DNA of 64,000 nt from Hormiphora californensis (GCA_020137815.1 CM035350.1:10292001-10356000), one strand, 5' to 3'; counted from the stretch's first letter, positions 17,193-31,323 are shown. A program made the numbers and translations. Notes: generated by a model not told the origin, from the sequence alone.

Positions 17193-20100
17193 ATGTCGGA
17201 GGAGAAGATGCGGGTAGACCATGACAAACCTCCCTTTTCTCGGGTATTTGTAGTGTGTTCCCGCTCCCACACTGAAGAGGACCTTAGGGACGCATTTGGG
17301 ATGTACGGTGAGGTGAGTTAAGGGATAACGTATTGTATAGGGAATGAGGCAGGACCTGGGTATATTATTGGTTACGCGGCCACCCCTACACTGGTCGCGC
17401 GAAGCGCGGCAAAACGAAGCCCGCGGTATATTACATATATTACAAGGTATATTACATTTGACTTGAATAACATTTCAAGCAGTTTAACGACTTGACAACA
17501 GCTGACAAAGAGGGGTTTGATTTTAACGACTTGACAACTGGGAATACTGGACAAACAACTGATGACTACTCAAAAGAGAACATCTCCGACAATGTAACTA
17601 GACAGTAGTATACATGTTTTTATGAATTAGTAAACTGACAAACTGACATCAGGTAAATATTGACACCCTGCTGCAGCACATGGTTGTGAAAGTGGTGGAA
17701 CATGAGGAAGACATCCCCGGGCCCCCAGTATACAATATATGTAACACATGACGTTTCTGCAGGTTGAGGACGTGTGGGTGGTGAAACACAGAGACACCAA
17801 GGAAAATAAGGGAATAGCGTATGTGAAGTTTGCCCGGGCCTCAGAGGCAGCACTAGCGATGGAGCGACTTCATGGGACTACCATTGGAGACAACAACAAA
17901 CCAATAAAGGTAACTGGCTGGGTCCTGGGACTACTAGACTGGGACTAGACATGCCATTCAGCAATGGCAACACGCCACGAGGTTGTTGTTTACACTACTT
18001 CCGCTACTGGCTACTGCACTGCAGTATAACAACAACGCTGCTGACCCCCACTGTACTACTTCAGGCGCTCCTCGCTGACACCAAATCTAGTAGAGAGAAG
18101 GTAGACCCAATATCACAATTAGCACTGAACGATGACCGACACCGGAGCCGTATCTTTATCCTTGTACCCAAGACCATGTCTGAGGCAGATATCACTGACG
18201 AGTTCAGTGCCTACGGTACTGTAGATCATGTGCAGATACTGAGACACAAGGACACCAACGAGAGCAAGGTAAAAAATGGAATTGGGGGTGGGGCGGGGTG
18301 GAGGGTGGGGGTGGGGTGGAGGGTGGGGTGGGGTGGAGGGTTGCGGGGGGATGGGGGTGGTACTGTAGATCATGTGCAGATTCTGAGACACAAGGACACC
18401 AACGATAGCAAGGTAAAACATGGAATTGGGGGTGGGGCGGGGTGGAGGGTGGGGGTGGGGTGGAGGGTTGAGGGGGGGGGGGACAAGGTAACGCATGGGT
18501 TCATACACATGTGCTTTCAAGTTCTGTGACTAACCATTACCAATTCCTAGGGCTGTGCCTATGTCCGGTACTCCAAACCCTCGGAATCATTTGCTGCCCT
18601 CGAGACATGTGATAAGCAGTACAAGGCTGTGATAGCAGAGCCTCGGGTTCCCAAGAATATGATGACTAATACTAGCAATCCAGACGGACAGGGACAACAG
18701 GGCGCTTATTCGCAGGTCATCTGTCCAGTGCCTGCAGGTTAGTAAGTGTGTTATATTATGTTACATTGTTACACTGTTGTGGTGACGTGGTTAGTGTCAC
18801 ATCTCTAGGCTACATATGATCCTAGTTACATGTGATACAATGTTTTTATTAAGAACTATTAAACGACATATTGAGGAAAGATTTACCTACATTACATTGT
18901 ATCCAAAACTATGCAACTCAAAAACAACCCATTAGTCAACTTATTAAGACCTATAGTGTGTGACTTAGTCAACTTGTTGTATGTGACTTAATCAACTTAT
19001 TGACCCCTGCAGTATGACACCCCCTCTCTAGTCTCTATATCACATGACCCAGTATGTGACTCCCTCTCTAGTCTCTATATCACATGACCCAGTATGTGAC
19101 TCCCTCTCTAGTCTCTATATCACATGACCCAGTATGTGACTTGCTCTCTAGTCTCTATATCACATGACCCCAGTATGTGACTCCCTCTCTAGTATGACTC
19201 TATCTCTAGTCTCTATATCACATGACCCAGTATGTGACTCCCTCTCTAGTCTCTATATCACATGACCCAGTATGTGACTCCCTCTCTAGTATGACTCTAT
19301 CTCCCTCTCTAGTATGACTCCCTCTCTAGTATGTGACTCCCTCTCTAGTATGACTCTATCCCCCTCTTATCAGGTTACACAGACCTCTCTATATCTCCAC
19401 ATCAGGTTACACAGACGTTACAGAACCGGGTGCTACAAACAAACTGACAATAACTTGCCATACCAGCCTGAGCGAGGGACAGATGACTAGGTAAATTGTT
19501 ACACTAATCATGTGGTTAGTGGTTACCATGTGGTTGCCATGTGGTTACCATGGTAACAGTGCCATACCAGCCTGAGCGAGGGACAGATGACTAGGTAAAT
19601 TGTTACACTAATCATGTGGTTAGTGGTTACCATGTGGTTACCATGTGGTTACCATGGTAACAGTGCCATACCAGCCTGAGCGAGGGACAGATGACTAGGT
19701 AAATTGTTACACTAATCATGTGGTTAGTGGTTACCATGTGGTTGCCATGTGGTTACCATGGTAACAGTGCCATACCAGCCTGAGCGAGGGACAGATGACT
19801 AGGTAAATTGTTACACTAATCATGTGGTTAGTGGTTACCATGTGGTTACCATGTGGTTACCATGGTAACAGTGCCATACCAGCCTGAGCGAGGGACAGAT
19901 GACTAGGTAAATTGTTACACTAATCATGTGGTTAGTGGTTACCATGTGGTTACCATGTGGTTACCATGGTAACAGTGCCATACCAGCCTGAGCGAGGGAC
20001 AGATGACTAGGTAAATTAAACCACACGGACTCTATCTCCCTGTTCGCACTGGGACTTAACCACCCCCGAACACTCTACAGCTTACAGAAACTCCCACTGA

Positions 20101-23100
20101 GTTATATAACACCTGGCGTGTGGTTAGTGGTTACCATGTGGTTACCATGAGGTTAGTGGTTACCATGTGGTTACCATGTGGTTAGTGGTTACCATGTGGT
20201 TACCATGGTAACAGTGAGATACAGAGGTAACAGATGTGAGAGTTATTATTTGTACCCGCTGTAGGAAAGAGAGCTGAAGGGTGTGTTGTACACACTGTGT
20301 ACTGAGCTGGTGTACTGAGCTGATTAGAATAAGGGCAAAGAAACCCTGGGTTCGCCGTGAAATGGGGCGTGGATTACAATGACAGTATTACAGTATTAGA
20401 CAATTCTTGTTCCACACACATTGACACCTCTCTCCCCACTAACCCTCTCTCTCCCCTCCCAGATTGTTTGATATTTGCCCGGGACTGTCTGCCTTCCAAA
20501 TGACCATCTCCCCTCGAACGGGCGAGAGTAAGGGTATAGCCTATGCAACCTTTACCACGGTGTCGTGTGCAAGTTATGCCAGACTGAAACTGAACAATCT
20601 GGAGTACCCTCCTGGATATAGGCTTAGTGTTGGGTACATGAAGCAACAACAGTATGGAGCCACCGTAAGTAGGGAAGAGAGGGGGGGGGGAGAGATGGGA
20701 GAATGGGGGGGGGCTGATGGAGAGAGACGGGGAGAGAGATGGGAGAATGGGGGCTGAGTTCGGGGGCTGCAACCTTTACTTTCATTATAATTCACCCTTT
20801 TATCACCCTCATAGTATTATCTTTTTGATAATAAATGGTAGCTCTCATCCACTTATCTGCTGCGCAATGGAGACGCCACAATTCCTTCTAGATCCTGCAG
20901 CGTCATTTCACATGCATCAGCAGCTCTCTAATAGGGGGCATTTCAATGAAACATATATCCTGCTTGCAAATGGATAAATTCCCAACATTATGCACGTGGG
21001 ACATGAATTTTAGAGAGCTTTTAGGCTAAGATGGGGCAACAAAATGGGACAAGAAAATGGGAGAATATTCAAATAGAGCTACTGTGAAACAATATCTGTA
21101 CACAACACTACCATGGCTTCGTGACAGATAACTCAGGTGATAATATAGAGGCTACAACAAAACGATGTGCTGTCGCACCGTACCATTGTTGCCATGGTGA
21201 CGAAAGGGGGTCTACAGGATAATGAGGTGATGATAATCACCGCGGTGCGACAGCACATCATAGTTTAAACACATTCCCATAGGGTCCCATAATCTAATTA
21301 AGGGTCGTACTGTTACACAATAGTATTGCTATGGCTTCGTTTACACACAAGTTCCTTACACACGAAATCCCCTACTCTGTCCGGGAAGATGATCAAGACA
21401 ATCATGACCACGAATGAAAATATAATAAAATTTAAAAAATTAAATAACAGTAATTAACAAAATGGGGAGTAAGCGAGAGAATTGGAATGAACATTTCCAT
21501 TCATTTCAAAAAAGATTCTGTGAGAATCAAATGGCGCGACTAACTTTTAGAAACATGACACTGTGTCTCTTGTGCTCGTCCAATTTAGCTGATCTTGGTT
21601 GGAAAGATAATCGATAGCCAAAGATAATTGCTTCAATTCGGGATCGAAAAACGATCTTTTTGAAACTAATGGAAATGTTCATTCCAATAAAAAATAATTT
21701 CGTTCTTGGTTTTTGCCCCCCCCCCTCCTGAAATGGTGAGAGTGGTGTGAGAGAGAGAGAGAGAGAGAGAGTGAGTGAGTGAGAGAGAGAGAGGGAAGAG
21801 AAGGAGAAAAGGAGAGAGAGAAAAGAGAGAGGGAAGGTAAAGGCTCTCCTCTCTCCCTCCTAAATCCCCTCTCTCTCCCCTCTCTTCCCCTCCTCTCTCT
21901 CTCTCCTCTCCTCTCGCTCCTCTCTCCCTCTCCTCTCTCCCTCCGCAGCCTCAATTCCGCTCTTCAAGAGGGGTGACGGGAAACTGATTTTTTTGGCCTT
22001 CAATATTTTTCTCCAGGGGGGGGGGGGGGGCTGACCCCAAAATTTGTGGCTGACCCCAAAATTTCTCGATTTTTTCATATTGAGGGATGATTTTCGAATT
22101 CGGGGCGAGAGCGAAGCCCGGAAAATTTTGACTTTTTGAGTGAAAAAGTCAGTGTTTTGAGCTCATTTTGACCAAAATGTCAGCTATCCCTGCTCTCTTC
22201 CTCCCCCTCCCCCTATCCATCTCTACCCTTTTTCCCCCTTTCCCCCTCTCCCTCCCCTTTTTACTCCCCTTTTCCCCCTCTTCTCCCCTCCTCTCTCCCT
22301 CGCTCCCCCCTCCTCGCTCCCCAACCCTCTGCTCCTTTACTCGGGGCATCCCATTACCCCGCCCTGGCTCCCTCCCTACTTTTTCAAAATTTTTTTCGTG
22401 GCGGGTCCGGTCTCCCGGCAGGGTCGGTTTCCCGGGTGTGAACTTTTTTGGGGGTTTGGGGGGAAAAAAAAAATTTAAAAGGGGGTATGTTTCTTTCTCT
22501 TGGCAATGGGGGAATTTTTTAAAAAATTTTGGGCCCCATGAATTTGGGGAACTTGGGCCCCCTTAAAAGGTTTAAGGGGGAATTTTTAAAAACAGATTGC
22601 CCCCCCCGGGGGAATACACCCTTATTGTAGCCCCCTTTGAATAAAAAATGGTACGGGGGAAACCTCTTTTTGGTAACCCCCTTTTTCCCCGGGAAAAAAT
22701 CTTCCGATTTGGGGTTTTAGAAATTAACCCGGATAGGTTTTTTTTGGGGGGGGGGGGGATACCCGGTTACAGTAAAAAAAAAGTTTTCGGGGGGGGGGTT
22801 TTTTTCCCCCCCCCCCCCCCTTTTTTTTCCCCCCCCCCCCCCTTTTTTTCCCCTTTTTTCCCCTTCTTTATCTCTTCTCTTTCCTCTCCTTTCTCTTTTC
22901 CCCTCCCTCCCCTTTTCTCTCTCTTCTTTTTCCCTTTTTTAAATCTTGTATTCTCTTTATTCTGCTCTTTTCTCTTACCCTCTTTTTATGTTTCACTTTG
23001 TTCGAAACATTTTATTTTCAAACCCTATTTCTCCGAGTTTAGCCAGATCACCTGTTTTCACCAGTCACTCCTCCCCCCCTTCCCCATCTCCCCCCCTCCC

Positions 23101-25370
23101 ATTTCTCTTTTGAATTCCCGATACCATATCATGATCAGTTTGGGTTTTTTTTAGGTCCCCCAAGTTAGATATTTTCTTTTTAGCTCTCTCCCCGTACTTT
23201 CTACAACTCTCTTCCCGGGTCCCGTATAACCTTGGCTCTACCCCAAACCCCAACCTACCCCTGTCCAAGATCTGCAAAGGCCCGGCTTTTCGTCTCGGGC
23301 CCCCGGAAAAAATTGGTAGGGTTCGAGGAGTGTTTGGGAGTTCAGTGACTTAATCGACTTCAAATCAAACGGTAAGAGCAAAAGATAACTGAAAGAGAAA
23401 GGGGAAAAGAAAGGGGGAAAAGTTTTGCCGCGGTTATATGCGCTCTCCAAAACCTCCGAGCGCTGCGGAGCAAAGGAAATAACCTTTAAAAAAAATTGAA
23501 ACCCCCACCCCCCCCCCCCCCTTTTTCTCCCCCTCTTTCTTTTTTTTTTTCCCCTCTCTCTCTATCTCTCTTCTCTCTCGTCTTGAGTCACTCACCATCT
23601 CTTTTTCTCGTAATGACAACACTTTTCGTTTGTCTCGCTCTCTCGCTTGATGGAGGAGACAGGGGGTATTGAAGTATTTCACTACTACCTTCTGATCCTT
23701 GTTGCCTTTACTGTCGCCCTATCATCCTCTTGTTTTGTGTATCAACTGCTGGAGATAACGTACTATAGCAGTTCCCAGATCCCATCTCACCTCTCCATCT
23801 TTACACTTGTCTGGGTAGCGGTATATGCAGCTCTAGTCATATTCAAGGACAAGTACAATCTCATCTACTATTGTATGACATATGATGAGGGGTAGGTGCC
23901 ATTTTCAATATCTTGTTATGTTTCATTTCATGCAATATGTGCCACACACGGTTTGGTTCCAATATATAGTGAGTACCTGCCAACAAGCTCCAGTTTAATC
24001 TGTATGAATCATACAGTATGATGTCACCTGGGGGCTGGGTATCACTTGTTTTGGAGGTTCGAACAAGGTATCACCTCTATCATGTTTATTATGCTGGCTG
24101 TATTATAGAAAGATACCAACCAACCAACGCTTTCTACTTGGTAAATCAAGAAGTGTTCAATGCAGTAATAGTTAACCTGTGCAGTGCACATAATTACAGT
24201 TCAATTAGTATCCGGGTGTTAGTTTTTAATAACTACTAGCTACACACGTGCTGCTGTACTGCCCAGATAGATGCATTGCTCTCTCTCCTCTTCCCCATCT
24301 GGTGTCTTTGGAAACCCATGGCTAGATGGGAAGGTTGGTACAGTGCGACCCCAGTTTACCGTGCACCCCGATTTACCGGGCAAAACTCTTCCCCCCGAGC
24401 ATCCCGGTAAATCGGGATCCAGCTGTAGTACCCTCCTGTTACCTTCTGATCGCGTTAAACCAACCTCAGCATGGGATCTTTAGCAACACTATAGCGTTGT
24501 AGATACTGCTCACACTGAATAAGAAGTGTTTTCTCATAACATATCCCTTCTGTTAGTTATTCAAACTGGTTAATTGCTGAGGACCATTATTAAGACAGAT
24601 TATGATAACTGAGTTGATCATTAAACCGCGTTGCTATAGCAACTGAATTCGTGAGAAGATGTTGCAGTACCACAAAGTGATTCAAATTAGTTAAGCGAGA
24701 TCATTAGTAACCGCTAATGAAGCTGCCTTCAGAGCAATCTCTTCAGAGATTTAGACCACAATACTTCCACATTAGTTTATACAAAATAAAACTAAATAAC
24801 ACTAATTAGTAATTACATGATAGTCATAGTGACTTGTTGAGGACCATTCCTCCCCGGTCCAACACAGTAGTCCTGTAGTCCAAAGAGACCCCCTGCTAGT
24901 ATCAAGTATCTCTCAGTCTACCAGCTGCTGCTGTAGTAAAGTATTCGGTTTCTCGACATGCACCCAGAGAGTGTGAGTGGCCCCCTTGTGTCCCCCACCC
25001 ACACCTCACTATAGCGGCTACCGCGGAGCTGTCATTTTGGAGTTCCTCGCGCGGGGGTCTACTGCGCGCGGACCGCTCCCTCGTCTCCAATTTCGAACCC
25101 CATCAACCATGAACATGAACTTTGTTCGTTGGACAACTCATTATTCAACTTTGTTGAAGCGTCCTGCAGGATAACTAATTGCTATACTCTAATCACCCCT
25201 CTCTCTCAGGGAACAGCCTACGGGTACATAAGGTACGGCATCAAGGAGAGTGCAGATGCAGCAAAGATGTTGTTAGATGGTGCAAATGTTGCTGGCAACG
25301 TGATCAGACTGTCCTTTGCCGATGAGGACAATTCTGGAAACAAGAGAGCCAAAACAGATCACGGAATGGT
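17193..25370 (+). CDS. RBM45: RNA-binding motif protein 45 (4 RRMs), multi-exon; 3' end uncertain
   Basis: MSEEK..DKPPFSRVFVVC..|VEDVWVVKHRDTKENKGIAYVKFARASEAALAMERLHG, SRIFILVPK, GCAYVRY, LFDICPGL..SKGIAYATF..ASYARLKLNNLEYPPGYRLSV and GTAYGYIRY..LDGANVAGNVIRLSFAD. One RRM4 exon appears corrupted at ~23230-23371. Confidence 0.88.
19010..19365 (+). repeat. Intronic minisatellite (~40 bp units)
   Basis: Unit cagtatgtgactccctctctagtctctatatcacatgacc with shorter variants. Confidence 0.9.
19457..20018 (+). repeat. 104 bp tandem repeat of an RBM45 exon 3' end plus donor site, 6 copies (last partial)
   Basis: Units start at 19457, 19561, 19665, 19769, 19873 and 19977. Each contains gccataccagcctgagcgagggacagatgactag|gtaaatt. 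Confidence 0.95.
24339..24427. mobile_element. Tiny TA-flanked MITE (Tc1/mariner-pogo-like ends)
   Basis: Ends are TA|CAG...CTG|TA, with internal inverted ccgatttaccggg / cccggtaaatcgg. Confidence 0.7.
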
Positions 25371-25564
25371 GAGTTGTACAGGGTGGTGGGGGTGGGGGGA
25401 GGTATACAGGGTGTGAGGGGAAGGGGTGTCTCTATTGGGAATCGGTGGAGTTTTCAGAGGGTTTGTACTCTGTATTTAGTAGCATGTGTGTTCTCAATTT
25501 ACAAAATATAATAAACATGGTTGATATAACAACAGTATAAAACATTACATAGTAACATGAAGGG

Positions 25565-28500
25565 TCAACAACTATTCTCTGCCTGCTCAGACACGACAGT
25601 ATTTTCCTCACTGACACCTCCCAGCCTCTCCTCCTTGTTCCCCTCCCCCTTGGTCCCATCCTGGGAGGAGGATGGTAGTGCAGTGTTCAGCATCATTAGT
25701 TTAGTAATGTGAACTAAAGAGTTAGGTATCTCCCCTCCTTTACTAATGTGTATCTCCCCCTCAACCCTCCTATTCTCTTGGCTGGATATCTCGTGAGCAT
25801 GTAGCACCTCCTCCACAACATCAGTAGCAGCGAACTTCATGGTAGCCAGTGAGACCCTGTTAACTAGAGATCTGAATGATGGTTTTATAGGTGGCACATT
25901 CCCAGATATAGGGGTACAGCTAGGGAACATGTTGGGTGGTGGGGGTGTATCGTCAGGGATTATAAGGGTAGACCTGGCTGGCTGTCTTCTAACTCTCCTA
26001 GTTGTTACCCTCCTTCTCCTCTCCATATCCAGCTCGCTCAGGACATCTTCTTCCTGTGTTTTAGATTGGATAATATCAGCAGGTGTTGCTTGGCACACCA
26101 AACCATTCCGTCTCTCTACAGGTGATCCTTCACCACCAGTCCTTCTAATGAGCCTCAGTAGTAGTTTAGATATCAGGGAGTTGACAGTGCCGTCATACAA
26201 CAGGGGATTTATAACTGAGTTGATAGGGAGGAGGACAATAGAGAAGAAATCATAGTACCTAGTAGCATCAATAACCTCTACAGAGTGCAGCAGACATATG
26301 AATATAAAGGGGATCCAGCACAGGAAATCAGTGACAATGATAATAGTAACCTTCCTTTGTAATCTCTTACTCCGACTCTTCAACTGCTTGTTCCTCCCTC
26401 CCAGCTCCTCGGTAGACTTGCTGTTGATGAAGTGGATCATGAAGTAGGCGAATGTGATGGCTAGGAAGCACACAGTATTAACAAACAACACACCCCATAC
26501 AAACAATAGCTGGGGATCATCCATCGTCACGAAGTATTTGAAGAGACACACCCCAGCATTACCATAGAAGTGGACCTGCCTCGCATCAATCCCTCCATAC
26601 TCCTTACTGAACATCTGGGATGTCAGGATGGCTATGTAGCCCAACTAAGGGGCTTGCTCCTGAACCGCCCATAAAACTTCTTAAAGTGCTCATAGTGAGT
26701 CTGTTTCTTAACAATCCCAATTAAGTACCGGATTCCCCGGATAATGTATCCCGTTTACAAAGAAGTTCTCGAAAGTGGAAACCAGGGGCAGGACAGACAT
26801 TGTCAGTGCTGCGATTGTGATAACCCCAACTATCGCAAAAACACGAAGTGTTGTTCTGAATTGAAGGTTTCGTCTCAACATGACCCGTCCTTATCCTCCT
26901 CAACCTTAGCTATAGATAGTGCAGTCATTGAGAAGAGTGATAACTGTGTTCCTGCTGTGTTCAGTATCCCAAGCACTGCACAGGTATTAGAGGTGAGCCA
27001 GAGGTTCCTATCTTTACAATATGAATTATGAAGGTAGGAATTATAAGCGGATATAATGATGAGATACACCCCTACTAGCATATCTCCTGTTGCTATTAGT
27101 AGTATCAGTATACGGTTCAGTAGAGTGGTGGCTGATACTTTCCTGCAGATAGAACACAGGTTCCTGGTGATGATGATGGAGTTGAGGGAGGTAGCCAGGA
27201 CCCCCAGGACCCATCCCATGAACTCTAGTGTGTGTGATTGGATGATACGAGAGGAGCACAGTGGGTTGCATTCGTCAGCTAGGTTCCTACAGTCCTGGGC
27301 TCCATTACACACCGCTGATGTGTCCACTAGTTGGTCATCACTACAATTGAAATGGTTCTCACAACCCATCTCGTCACTCCAATCTCCACAGTCATTAACA
27401 AGGTCACATACAGCTGAATAGAGTACACACCTGCTGTTTGCACAGGAGAAGAGAGAGTTGTGGTATACCCCTGGCTGGTGGGGCATCCTCAGCACAAACG
27501 ACAGGTAGGAGTTGTCTGCCAGTGTATACAGCCTCCCCGGGTACTGTCCTACACAGGAGCCGTGGGTCAGGAGGGTGGAACGGACTGGGCAGACTGCCAA
27601 GACACCCTGGCACATGCCCAGACATGCCAGATACACGTACATCTCCCCAAACACGTTGCTACAATCCTGTTCCACTCTCAGGACTGAGAGGGAGGTCTCA
27701 GAGCGGCCCAGGATGTGGTGGAGAGGGTGGGAGAACTTGCGGAGAGAGCAGTTAGGAGCGAGGTGACGATGTCTCTCCAGCCCAGGGAGACACTGCCCAT
27801 TAAGGTACAATGTGGAGGAGAGGACGGGTAGTTTGGTAAAGAGATCAGGGGTGGTCCTGGCAACAGAGCAGACTCCCTCCTCCTCTGCACACTGTGGTTC
27901 CCCGTCACACATGGCAGAGAATTGTACATGTGTAGTGGAAGGATATCCACAGAGGAACACCTCCCCACAATCCACACCTTCCTCAGCATACCTCCTAGTG
28001 GAGGGGTTCTCTCCACAGGATGGTAGTTGGATGGTATCGTTCTCATCTGACCCATCCTTACAGTCCACCTCCCCGTCCCCTATCCATGAGGTAGGAAGTG
28101 GTAGTGCCACTTCCTCCCTCCCCGGACTGTAACGCCTCACACAGGAATAGGAGGAGGAGCAGATCCGTGATACTTCATCCCCTCCACTCACACAATCCAC
28201 CACCCCATCACATAACAGGTGTTTGTGAAGGGTACAAGTGTCCACTGGTTTACACATGTTCTCAAAATCCGTCATCACAGAGTGTGAGATCCTCCCTTCC
28301 GTGGCACACCATCCTATCCGCTACAGAGACAGGCCAGCCCTCCCTGGTACAATGTAGCTTGGCTCTGCTGGTGTCTGTACAGTTTAGTTGGTCTGTGTAG
28401 TCCTGACAGTAGGGCAGTACATTGTTAATCAGAACTGCACATCTAGTATAGTTCTCTAGTGGCACCAACCCGCCCTCAAAGTGTCCACTCTCACACAACA

Positions 28501-29618
28501 CCTTCCCCTCCCCACATCCCTCCTCGTCAGTTCCATTAATACAATCCAGGTACTGATCACAGCGGTAGTAGGGCGGTGTATAGATAGTCTCATTGCTATA
28601 GTTGGTCTGGCAATATCTCCCGTACACCAGTCCCCCACAGTATGCCTCATCCTTCACAAGTCAGGGCACAGTCACAATTGTCATCACATATCCTGTCTTT
28701 TGATATAGACTTGTCGGGCTCGTATTTGCACTTCATGGCGTCTTCATGGTCAGTACAAAGGTCTTCATACCGTTCTGGGGAGACATTGGAACATGCAGTA
28801 CTACACACGTCCTGAACCCCTATAGTCCCATTATGCATGGTACATGTCGTGTGGGAACAAAGGGCCTGAAAGTGGTCGTGGTCCGTGGCATGGTCGTTGT
28901 GAATAGCAGGGAGGGAGGAGAAGGGTCTTTTACATAGCCTGATGTTGCCACACACCTAAATAGGAGGGAGAATGGGGTTAGGAGTAACATCTAGGGTTAG
29001 GAGAGGGAGACGGGAGATTAGGAGAGGGGTAAGGAGTTACGAGGGGGATGATATTGGTAGGGGAAGTTTTGTTATCTACCTGATAGGAGAAGGGATCATT
29101 TTGACACGGATCACTAAACTGCTGCCTAGCACACCCCCTGTGTTCCACCTTGTAATAATGTTCTGAGTTAGGACACTTGAAGTATGTGTCTGTAGAGTTG
29201 CCCAGATCTACTGTACACTGAATCTTCAGATACCCCTCGTATTCAACCACACCACAGCTCCTTATTTGATCTGGGGGCAAGAGAGTCAGTGATTATTAGG
29301 GAGTTTGGGGGAGGAATCAATGGTTTAGGGAGTTGGAGTGAGGAATTTAGAATGGAGGGGGATAGTTAAGAAGGGGGGGGGGGAATCAAGAATGGGGAAT
29401 CAAGAATGTGGAGGAGGGGGTTGGTGTTATAGGCAACTCTTCTCACCCTGAAACTGTGGAGCTGCTGTTGAGTTTTTGTAGTAGAAATACTTTGAGAGAG
29501 GGTCGATGGTCCTCCACCTGTTAGTAACGTTGTTAATCCACTGAGACGATGTCTCACCAGGAAACAGGGTAATAATGAGAAGGAGTGGAATCACTCTCCG
29601 GACTACACCATTCTCCAT
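25565..29618 (-). CDS. LDLa-repeat rhodopsin-class GPCR (GRL101/RXFP-like 7TM domain, no LRRs), with several frameshifts
   Basis: Signal peptide MENGVVRRVIPLLLIITLF, many C..CD...DC...DE LDLa repeats, and 7TM motifs IATGDMLVGVYL, WLTSNTCAVLG, FYGNAGVCLFKYF, IIVTDFLCWIPF and LPINSVINPLLY. It is split over ORFs 28647-28955, 28262-28657, 26875-28278 and 25565-26644, probably by sequencing indels. Confidence 0.85.
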
Positions 29619-29907
29619 ACAAGAACACTATTAGGGGAAGGGCAGACATACACGTTATAGGGTGCCCTGGATATTAAACACTATTAGACTAAGCTGTGGA
29701 TCAGTTAGAAAAAAGGGGAAACAAAAATGAGGCATCTGAGAGGAGCTATTACAATCATACCACTGATCATACGGGTTTTCTTCAACTATTCAGAAGGGGT
29801 TAGTCTTGAACAGAAAGAGTGCGCGACACAACTAACTATATGAAGGGGAGATTGGATGTCCCCCGCTCTCTCCCTAACTTGCTGTGGGAACAGTGCCCAG
29901 TAGAGAT

Positions 29908-30030
29908 TGGTTGTACAACTGGGAGGGAGAGGGGTTGTACAAATGGGAGGGAGAGGGGTTGTACAACTGGGAGGGAGAGGGGTTGTACAAATGGGAGAGA
30001 GAGGGGTTGTACAAATGGGAGGGAGAGAGA
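29908..30030 (+). repeat. 24 bp tandem repeat x5
   Basis: Unit ggttgtacaaMtgggagggagagg. Confidence 0.9.
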
Positions 30031-30864
30031 GGGAGCTGGATATAAATACAGTACGTTCTATAAGCGATGTACCGTGGAAGAGTGGCAGCAGGGTGTATCT
30101 AGTACTACTAACTATATATAGGAAGTTAGGTCATTGGAGGAGAAGGAACACTTAGATATACCATGACATTGTCGAGTAAGGGAGAACCATGTGACATACA
30201 CGGACTATAGAATGTGGAAGTGATTATAACAACATGTGGAGTCCACTATAACAGGATTACAGCGAGATAATATCAGATGATGTAACAATACACACACATG
30301 CGAATCAGAGTGCTCCGTCCACAACAACTAACCCCACGTACAGCTGCTGTAGGGGTAGGATCAGTGACCACAAATCACAATTCCCCATGCATCCGGGTTG
30401 GTTGGGTAACAAATCAGGGGGGAGGGGGATCAGGGGGTTGGTAATTGGTTACTATCATTATGTGTCATTTTCCAATGGAATATCAGAAAATATCTCGGCC
30501 TGAACAAGTTATTATATGTGGCAGTATAATCGGCCACATGTTAGTAATGTTACCCTCCTGTTTCAGATCTAAGAGAGGGAGAGAGTTCTAATACTTCAGA
30601 CGATGGAAGAGAGGAAATCCAGTAACATATAGCTATAATATATTTAAAAGATAACTTATATGACTCACGGTGAGCCGCGACAATGAAAGAGAGCCGTGTG
30701 TAGCGAAACACTCTATTTATTTTTTCAACCACCATCACAATATATGTCCAAACACCCCGGTAATGCCCCCCTAGAAGCCGAACTGTGCCATCTGATCCTG
30801 TGTGTGTCATTTGATCCCCTTATTAGTGTGTTTAATATTTGAGAGATTTGTGAGCAGCCTCAGA

Positions 30865-31150
30865 AAACCCCCCTGGTTTTTCTCAGGGGCGAATCCCGGT
30901 AGATCCCGGTAGATCCACCCCTGGTTTTTCTCAGGGGCGAACCCCGGTAGATCCACCCTGGTTTTTCTCAGGGGCGAATCCCGGTAGATCCACCCCTGGT
31001 TTTTCTCAGGGGCGAATCCCGGTAGATCCACCCTGGTTTTTCTCAGGGGCGAATCCCGGTAGATCCACCCCTGGTTTTTCTCAGGGGCGAACCCCGGTAG
31101 ATCCACCCCTGGTTTTTCTCAGGGGCGAATCCCGGTAGATCCACCCCTGT
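30865..31150 (+). repeat. 37-38 bp tandem repeat x~7 with an internal hairpin
   Basis: Unit gatccacccctggtttttctcaggggcgaatcccggta, with stem cccctg...cagggg. Confidence 0.92.
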
Positions 31151-31323
31151 ATGAGCGGCGCCATACCCCATTTGATTCTCAAATGCGCTCAGATGGGTCG
31201 CGGCGCCAGACAGATCCACCCTGGTTTTTCTTATTTCTGCTTTCAGTTTTCTGAGGCTTGCCATGAAGACGTAATAATTGTGTTTTACCTTTTTCACCCC
31301 AAAATTAGGAGTTTTTTAGTACA

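Noticed and set aside
21700-23640. ORFs and unusual composition in this block
   Set aside because: Homopolymer-rich garbled consensus that contains a corrupted RBM45 exon. Most likely low-coverage long-read sequence.
25565-28955. Pseudogene or programmed frameshifting in the LDLa-GPCR
   Set aside because: Similar 1-bp indels occur in conserved genes such as CNOT10, so sequencing error is the simpler explanation.
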